A stretch of 64,000 bases of DNA, from assembly GCF_009914755.1 (NCBI RefSeq), contig NC_060941.1. One strand, given 5' to 3'. Shown piece by piece: positions 54,501 through 64,000 of this stretch. This DNA is from the human T2T-CHM13v2.0 reference genome, Homo sapiens. The stretch's first letter is position 1. Every line of letters begins with the position of its first letter. A program made the translations under genes and the position numbers. Below the pieces are notes generated by a model. The model did no database searches and was not told where the DNA came from. It saw nothing but the letters and a program-made list of their open reading frames with translations.

Positions 54501-56267
54501 TATTAGGGTGCCTCTTATTTTGACTATTGGCTCTTATTTCCCCAAAGTGTTGGGGTCTGAATGATTAGCCTCCAAAGACTAATACAGGTATCAAAGGATC
54601 GTAGAAGCTACAAGGAGACAGGTTGCAAAAGATAAGTGTCCTTCTCTATGATTGTCTGAATTCAATATACGGGAGGTCTCTAATTGAGAGTGGGGAGCTA
54701 AATGTGCCATCACTGAAAATGGTTGAAGTAGATCTCACGAGAGAAATAGTTTCTAAGAAGTAAAGACATTGAAAGTTTGACCACAAAACCTTGAAAAGAT
54801 GAAGCTAAAAAAAAGCTTGAATCCAAAGTTAGGTATGTGATAAAGAAGCAGAGAGCAGCAATTCATCAGAAAGGCAGGCAGAACGCAATCAACTTTTAGA
54901 GCATTTCTGTTGTGCCGCAGAAAATGTTTCTGAGGTCCAGGTCACAAGGTGTCGTTGTTAAAATGATAGATACCCTGTCCCAGGCTGCAAGCAGTTTACC
55001 TAGTCCTTATTCCCAATGGCTCAAAACCTGCACTTAACTGCCTGGGGACGGGGCATCTCAAAACCAAATATTAAGATAAAGAACTAACAAGAATGAGGAA
55101 TGCCTTCTAATGCTTTTCCTCAGATTTCATCAAATTAAGCATTCAATTCTCACTGCTGAAACTAACCTAAGCTGGCTTTCAGGTTATGGCCACCACATTT
55201 ATTTCTGTGTTCCTAAAACTTGATTTGAAATTGTATAGAATAGGGCCAGATCTTACTGGAGACAAGGGTGATATAGAGGCTAACAGTGTAAGGTTACTCT
55301 GAAACTTTGGACCACAATTTGTTAAGTATTTGACTGATTTTTGTTCGTATATATTTGGTGAACAGACTGAGTTGAGGGATCTCTGCAAACAACGCAAGTC
55401 AATCATTTACCAGTCAAGAGCTGGACAATGGATTTTTCCAGGAATCTCATAGTTCTCCTTAAGACTGTTAATATTGGCATTTCCACACTATGTCAGAAGG
55501 GATTATATTCTTCTATTAAGATTATTTATTTTTGACTTGATTTTCATATATATTAAGGTAATTTAGAATAATTAGTGAAAATACATGTAATTAACTAACT
55601 ATAGTAATAATACGTATAAGTGAAGAAGAATGGAATGGTAATATTCTTGCTGGAAGAATGGAATATTACCATTTAGTTTCATCCTTTTAAGTTGCCACTT
55701 ATACTTGTTATACTAGAGCTCCATCTTTAAAAAATCAAAATCAGTGTAAGAAAGATGACTCATCAAATGTAGTTTTATTTTTAAAAAAAAGAAAGAGAAA
55801 AGTGTTGGCTCCCATGCATTCTCTCCTTTGATTGCTACCCCCAAGCTCAACACTTAGAGTTCTCACTTGCCTTTAAAAAGCTTCCTGTGGTCATGATTAG
55901 TTGACATTGTAGATGTTTTCTTTCATTTTCCTTTCCTATCTTTTCCATCAAATCCTGTCTCTCAAGTACATCCCCTTTCCACTCCTCTTATTCACAGAAA
56001 CCCAACTTCCTAGAGACACCCTGCTGCTAATTAATGGTTACATTTCAACCAGGTACCTTTGCGGAACAACTCAGAGGAATAGATAAATCAGTAAATACAA
56101 TAAGTAAATTGAAGTTGTATAGAAAGATGGTGTATTCATAATGCTATTTTTCTTCAATTGCAATTAACAAATATGATTAAAGTGTAAAAATGGGATTCTG
56201 AGCCAAAACAAATAAAAAAAGAAAATGTGTTATCTGTAGAATACTTCCAAGGCGGCAACAAGTTGTA

Positions 56268-56460
56268 ATCATGGAAAAGAGAGCTCTGGAATTAGATAGA
56301 CCTGGGTTTGATTCTCACACTACCATTACTGCTGTTACCTTTAGCAAATTTAAAAATTCTCTGAGCCTTAGCACTCTAACTTACAAAATGGGAATATTAA
56401 TGATTACCTCCAAAGCTATATGCAAAAATTAAATGAGATTTAATGTGCAATGTGCATTTA
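56268..56460 (+). mobile_element. MIR
   Basis: gctctggaattagatagacctgggtttgattctc...ctctgagcctta...aaaatggga. Confidence 0.75.
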
Positions 56461-57534
56461 TTCAGTGTTACATTTTTTTCAGCCCTACTACATAAAGACA
56501 CAACTTTAGAGCCCCTTCCAAGTCTTAGATATAGGAAACACAATCTGATGCACTTAGAAGCAGCTGTTTCTATAGCTCCTGTCCTTCCTTTACCTTTTTA
56601 TCCCATGGAAAGGAAGCAGATTAAGAGGAGCCATCAAGGAAAGAACAGTGGACCACTCCAGGAGTCAAATAAGATAATGAAGAAAACACAGGTATTGGCA
56701 TCTCATCTGTGCTCAAGTCCTATTGTAACCATTTGATAGATTCTGACCTTCATTCAATCCTTCAATCATTTATCAAATATGTGTTAAGTTATTGCTAGAT
56801 ACTGGACATTTTGGTAGATACTGGAGGAATAGGCGAAGCAGACATTTGCTGTTTTAGGAAGGAGGAAGGGGTAAAGACAATTTTGTAATCTCTATAATGG
56901 GGAATGCAGAGTATACCCTAGGGGGAAATCAGTAAATTGCCTAATATAGCCTTAAGGGATTGAGGGAATAGTGATGTATATGCTGGGCCTGATGTATGTG
57001 TTGGAGTTATGGGGGGAAAAAGGGTAATTTCATTCAAAAACATGCACTAACCAACTATGTACATACATCTGAAAGTACTAAAAACACAGAGGTGAAATAT
57101 CAGAAAGATTTCTGTCTTCAAGGAGCTTAACTTCTGCAAATGTTAGATAAACAAATAGGTAAGTAAAATAGAGTACATGTCAGTGGTAAGGAGAAAAGAA
57201 AGAGGAGTGGAGAGTGCTTAGGGGAGATCTGAACAGCGTGTTCAGTGTAAACCTCACAGAGGTGACATTTATTTGAGTGGAAGGATCCCTAAGCCAGGAA
57301 AACACAATGTGCAAAAACACAAGCATGAGGCCCCCAGATTTAGGTCTAAATGTAGCAGAGTTCAGTGAGAGGGGAAGAGGTGGAGAATGATGAGTCTAGA
57401 AAGATAAAGTCCTCATGGGAATATATAAAAGGGATTATGTTTTAAAATATCCACTCCAAAATATTGACACCCAGAATCAAATAAATAATAACTGAAAGCA
57501 CTTTGCAAAGCAACAAGAATGTTCAGTATGATGA

Positions 57535-57833
<299 letters not shown>

Positions 57834-58889
57834 GTATTATTATTATTTATAGCACATATTATTATTAGGGCAAGTTAATCCATTCTCTCTAATCCTCAGT
57901 TTTACTCATTTGTACCATGGATAAAATAATGACTCTTTAGTCTTCCTTGAGAACAGCATGGGGAAAAATGAGGTATTTAAGCATTATAAAATACTTTGAA
58001 AATCCATACTGCTTTTCATATGTATGATACTATTTGTCTTAGGAAAAAATAGATACAGCATAAGTAAACGCTTGTCAGCATACTTTTAAGTTCTTTCAGC
58101 TCTTAGAGGGTTCCCAGAGGGGAGAAATATATCAGTTTTCTATATATTTCAAGCTCATCTCTTTTGGGAATATATATATTTAAAAGAAACAACAACAAAA
58201 AAAAATCAAGGAAAGAACTTTGTCAGCAGAGGCTCCAAATTCAGCACAGGTTTGCAAAGGTCCTGATCCAGCAGGATATGGATGGATGCTCTGGATATCA
58301 AATAAACTCCTAATGTGGAGGGTGTAGTTCAAAGTTCCTTTTCAGTATTGCACAGGTACCAGACTCACATCAGATTATGGGGAGGAATGTCCAGCAACCT
58401 TCATGACCAACAGCTACCAAGCTATAGACCTTTCCCAGATTGCTGTCATGGACTTTGCACTGATGTACTAATCCAGAAAACATTCATAACCACATGGTAC
58501 TGTCTTTGAAATGACCCCAAGGCAGTTCTTCAAATTTGTTAACTCTGCTTTTCATTTGTGTATTTTGTTTACACATTTAGGAAGACTCAATGCCAGTATT
58601 TGAAAGTATTGTTTAAATGGCAGGCATATCTAAAAAATATTGTCATTTCTGTGCCTCTGCTTTCCATTTTATTTTGAAACAAACAAAAACAATTGTTTAG
58701 TCCAGAAGAGAATAATTCAGAGAAACTGAAGCTTTTGGGGAGACGAGAGAGATTTATTAAGCATTTACCATGTTAGTTCTACGACACTAAAGGTGATCCC
58801 AAACATTCTCGGAGGTGTTTTGCTGGAGAAACAAAAATTATACTCTTGTATTTAAAAGTCCTATGAGTTCTCAAAAATAATAATTACTC

Positions 58890-59125
58890 TTTACTAAGCA
58901 CTGATTATATACTTAGCACTATCAACAGCCATCATGTGTCTGTGTATACACACATATAATCTCACTTACTTTTTACATTAAAACTATGACATAAACATTA
59001 TTATCCTCATTTTAAACACGGAGAAACTTAGTAACTTCCAAGGTCACATAGCCAGTTATGTGATAAAGATGACAATTCATCTCAGTTCTGGCCTCCCCAA
59101 ATTTCATACTCTTAACCACCAGACT
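58890..59125 (-). mobile_element. MIR
   Basis: attattatcctcattttaaacacggagaaact..agtaacttccaaggtcacatagccagt. Confidence 0.7.
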
Positions 59126-59355
59126 AAATAGCATCTGTCAAAGAAAAAATATAAGTAAATAAGGAATTCTACTGCCAATTAGTCTGGTGCTTCACATGAA
59201 TGTAGAGAGAAAAGCTGTATATCTACAACATCATATGGCTTGCAGGAGAAAATTTTGAGTAGAGAGGCTATTTACCAGGTTTCCTGGAGTTATGACTAGC
59301 ATAGATAATATTTGTATTTGGTTTAATTGCTACATGTGCTTAAAACAACAGATCT

Positions 59356-59683
<328 letters not shown>

Positions 59684-60918
59684 AAAAACACAGATCTATC
59701 CATACATGTGAACTAAAGGATCTGAAATTCAATCTAATGATTTAGGGGTAACCCAACTTTGACTTATCCAAGAGATCATCCTTCTCCATTAGCATAAAGG
59801 ATTCCAAATTGAATTTTTTAGTAAGTGCTTTTAAAGCCAGGTCCAAAAATTTCTCTTTTAAAACTTGCCAAATATTTCAGAAATAATTAAGTCATTAGAC
59901 TATTTATCAAAATAGAAAATGCATATTTTCTTATATCCAGCAATTATATTTCTAGGAATTTATTTTACAAAAAATTTCACACATCTACTTATAGATACAT
60001 AGACAGATGTTCATTGAAGCATTGTTTAAACAGTAAAGGACAAGAAACGAAGTTAAGACCCATCAGTGGAGACTGACTGAAACCATTCTTTATTCAATTA
60101 ATGTTCCTCATGCATTCTGTGTGTCAGGGATTGCTTGGTCAATGTGATTTGGATTTACAAATCACAATGACATGGAAATTTTATAGCACTAAGAGACAGA
60201 ATATTCAAAGGGTTTCATGAACTCTTTAGTTTATCTCAAATGCAGAGAGCAAAAATAGATAAGTAATCCAAACTCTAATTTTAGGCCTCTTCCTATAGGT
60301 AAGAAGAGTTTTGAATCATTGATTGATGCTGAGCCTTAATCTTGATACTCACCCCTGTCTGACAAATGACAGAACAGTGCCCACAGCTTATAACCAAATC
60401 AAGTCACCCGAAGGGTTGACTAAAGCTGATCCCAGCATGATGGAGGTAGGGAATGCAGGTGGCTGATTGTCCTGACAATGTCTTGAATTTCCCAGGGATT
60501 GGAGTAGGTGGCCCCTGTTAACATTCAATCACAAGAATTGCCTATGCTGAATTCTATTACAACGTGTGCTTGTTTTATTTTGCATTCAAATGGGGTGAGT
60601 TTGTTCCTAACATATTTAATTAGACATAAATATAAAAAAAAAAACACAAAAAAGCAGAATTCCTAAAAAAAACAAAATAAATAAATCTTTAGGGACTCAA
60701 AAATATGCTTTTATCTTCTTAAGTGCAGTTAAAAGACAACTTGGAGGAAAGGGCCCAACAAGCTTGTTTGGCATATCTTACTTTAAAGAAGTGATCATAA
60801 TCTACCTTCCTCTCATCATTGTCCACAAGAAGTAAAAATAATTATGTGGCTGTTTGGCAATAAAAGAGGGGTGGTTCCTTAGAGCTCTTTTGGGAATTTT
60901 CCTGAAGATTATCACTTC

Positions 60919-60922
<4 letters not shown>

Positions 60923-60960
<38 letters not shown>
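60923..60960. repeat. (TG)19 microsatellite
   Basis: Perfect dinucleotide run. Confidence 0.98.
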
Positions 60961-60962
<2 letters not shown>

Positions 60963-61032
60963 GAAGGAAATATTTAGTAGTTACCTTTGAGCAGGGTGCC
61001 TGGAGATTTTTAGTTTTGGTTGGGAAGAAGAC

Positions 61033-61255
61033 TTTTTTTAAAAATTAGTGTTTTATATAGAATAATGTCAGATTTAGAGAAAAGTTGCAAAAATCATACC
61101 GAGTGTCCGTACATTCCTCATCCAAGTCCCCCTATTTTTAATAGTATATATCTCTATAGTACACTTGTCACGAATAAGAAGCCAACATTGGTACATTACT
61201 CTGAACTCTAAACTTAGATTTCACTAGGTTTTCTTCACTAATGTCTTTTTACAAT
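61033..61255 (-). mobile_element. L1MC-type 3' end
   Basis: cagatttagagaaaagttgcaaaaatcataccgagtgtccgtaca...ctatagtacacttgtcacgaataagaagccaacattggtacattact. Confidence 0.7.
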
Positions 61256-61534
61256 GGGACTTCATGAAAATCTTAAAATATAAAAAAATCCCATATACAT
61301 ATGTAATTTATAATTTCTTTTCATAATCCAAAATTTGATGCTTATTTATCAGGAACTTACAATATGATTAAGATGCTCTAAGGAATTGAGAGGAGTAGTT
61401 GCAAAGAAAATGTAATCCTCTCCTTTAATTTGCTTATAATATGTATATTTTTTAATTATAATGAATATTTTACCAAGAATTATCTGTAATCAAATGATAA
61501 GGATTGCTAAAAATTGTTATATTGTTTAAAGAGC

Positions 61535-61770
61535 CATTGACACTTTATATTTTAGGCACTGTGCAAGGCATTTTACATGCTTTACATGCATTATCTTGCT
61601 TAAGCCTCACAATAACTGCAAACAAACAAGTGGGTATTACACCTACTTATCTATGAAAGCCAGAATAACCAAAGAGACAACTTGTGTAAGGAAAAACAGT
61701 ATGTGACAGAGCTAGAATTTGAAACTCTTTTTTATGACTTCAAAGCATCTGTCTCTTTTCACTATACCAT
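61535..61770 (-). mobile_element. MIR
   Basis: aggcactgtgcaaggcattttacatg...cctcacaataact...cagagctagaatttgaa. Confidence 0.65.
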
Positions 61771-63303
61771 TAACAAGTTAATGGTATAGTTCCTATTAAC
61801 AAGTTAAACTTGACCATTATAAGGTCAAATAAGTTGACTTTCTATTTCTGAACTCAAGCTAACTGACAGGATAGGGAAATTAAGGCAAGAAGGTAGAGGA
61901 TATTAAAATAAAAAAGGAGACTCATCAAAAGTAAAATCGTTGCACATTAATTTTGCACATTTTGCATAATCTTTAATAGCTATTTTAAATCACAGTGTGC
62001 TCAAGACATTAGGAATATAAAGCACACTCAACTTCAATGTTCCTTAATGTGCTTGTAGCTCATACCTGAAACTGCATTCCACTATGATTTGTTCCCATTT
62101 TCATTAAATCTTGGGCTTTTAAAAAATTTTATTTCTTCCTCCTGTAGATTCACCTATAAAATATGTTGAGAAATCATATCTTCTCCTGAGGCCTTCTTTT
62201 CCAGATACTGTGTATTTCAAAGTGATGGCCCAGAGGTGGAATAGAGATTAAGTGGAGGAAGATGCATAGAGAGGGAGGCTGCATCTGTGGTGAGAAGAAT
62301 AAAGCAGAGAGAGATTCGAAGAGGGAATAGGCTCTTGGCTTAAAGTATCATCCTCTCTTAACATGGGTAAGGGCTGGCACTTTTCACCAGAGTTGTATTT
62401 TCATGACATCATATTTATTCACAGGTCTTATAGCTTAGAAAATAAGGACTCAGCAAGAAATTTTAAAAAGTTATTGAAATTCAGACTTCTCTAGAAGTTT
62501 AGCTTTTTTCTGGATAGACTCTACACTCAAAATTAGGAAAGTACTTAGATTAGGTTTATTCAGTATTTCTGAGACTTACAGGATTAAGACAGAATAAAAA
62601 CCTTGCATGCAACTGTGCCTCATTACCAAGGAGGAAAGTAGTAACCCATTAAAATCAAACACTAATGATTAAACAGTATTAAATCAGTCTTCTCAGTCTT
62701 ATTAATGCAGACTATCATTTCTTGAAAAAAAAAGCTACCCAAATAAAGATATGAGATTACTCATGGTGTAAGTGAACACAAAAATAAATACAACTAAGAC
62801 AAATCAAATTGCTATCTTAATTACACTGTAAGTTCTTTGACAGCAAGGAACATGCTCTCTTTTTCATGTATTATCCAGCTTACCTTGAAACCTTTGAACA
62901 TGTTCTTCATTGGTGAACCCATTATTTGTGATACAATAACTACAACAGGAAATAACTTTCATTAATTTGCATCATGACTTAGAGAAACAATTCAAGAGTT
63001 TGAATTAAAACACACTGGCTATCACTGGCTCTATGACTTTCGAAAAGCAATTTACAGTACAGAATTGTAATGACATATGAGAAAGTAATTTTAAAAGTAA
63101 AGGTGTATATATAATGTTTTACTATGAATAGTGTAATATATAGTTAAATAACTTAGCTGGCCCCTAATTATTTATATTATTCTTACCCAGAGTATGTTTG
63201 ACATTACAATGATTGTATAATAGGTTACACCAGAACACAGGATGTGCCATTCATCAAATCTTATTCTAGGTCCCCAAACAGATACATATTTCAGTGCAAA
63301 CAC

Positions 63304-64000
63304 TGTAGGGAGATGCCTTGAAACTATTGCTATGGAATAAAAGATGAAATGCTCCTGATTATTGTAAATACAAAATTGCATGCAGGATTGTGTAAAGACA
63401 ATGCCAGGTTGGGCTGCCAGAATGAGCCAACAGCGCATGATGTGCTTCCCCCTGCAGAGAGCCTATAAATGAACGTGCAGTCAGGGAGGTTTCACATCAC
63501 CAAGATTCCTATCCCAGAAAAGTAGATATTCATAGCTCTGGGAATGGAATGCGACCCTTGTGGAGAGCCTATAAGAGGACACATGCGGGGCGCCTGTTCA
63601 TATGGATAAGATAGGGCTATAAAAGCCCTTATCTTGCCACAGCTCTTCTAGGTCTCTTTAGGGTTAAGGCACACTCCCTTCTGAGAATTTTTGGTCTAAC
63701 CAGTTGTCTAGCTTAACTTCCTGTTTCTATTGATTGTTCACAACCAGCTTTTGCTGCAACTGTTACTGCTGATTAATATCTTGCTAATCATAGGTTATGG
63801 ATAGACTGTGTTTCTGTTTTAAGACTCTGTTAGAAATTGCTGACACACACACTATATTGAAAATTCTTATCTCTGTATACTGTACTTCTGCATACCGATG
63901 TTATGTTAAAGAATTACTTCATCCCCATGTGACCATCTCACCTCATAATCAAACGACCCTAAATCCCTCACTAACCTACCCCGCCCTCACTAAACTTAAT
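63304..64000 (+). mobile_element. MER11D-like LTR (HERV-K HML-7), continues beyond the window
   Basis: Starts tgtagggagatgccttgaaactattgctatggaataaaagatgaaatgctcctg, as in the recalled MER11D consensus; low divergence; TATA-like ctataaaag at ~63617. Confidence 0.78.

Overview
Human genomic DNA: an AluYb8 and an AluYa5, both essentially human-specific subfamilies, are present. The window is AT-rich, repeat-dense and intergenic or intronic. I can support no intact protein-coding exon, tRNA, rRNA or CpG-island promoter. Most ORFs in the track derive from Alu, L1, LTR or low-complexity sequence, and the rest resemble no protein I recognise. Content: 15 Alus, several L1s (including a nested, 5'-complete but internally deleted L1MA carrying a full THE1D and an AluYa5), solo LTRs (MER52, LTR8-family, MSTA, MLT1s), a MER11D-like LTR running off the window end, and L2/MIR relics. 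The most notable items are: (i) a ~115-bp 5' fragment of PSMC6 mRNA inside an apparently inverted L1 ORF1 junction; (ii) a two-LTR class III (LTR47-like) provirus with a tRNA-Ser PBS, an RT LPQG remnant, a decayed gamma-type env N-terminus and a MER4-group-like AT-rich interior; (iii) a 140-bp locally templated insertion inside an MLT1 LTR; (iv) two young, possibly polymorphic Alus. Repeat subfamily names come from recalled consensus sequences, not from a search. I see no evidence for a new multi-gene system.
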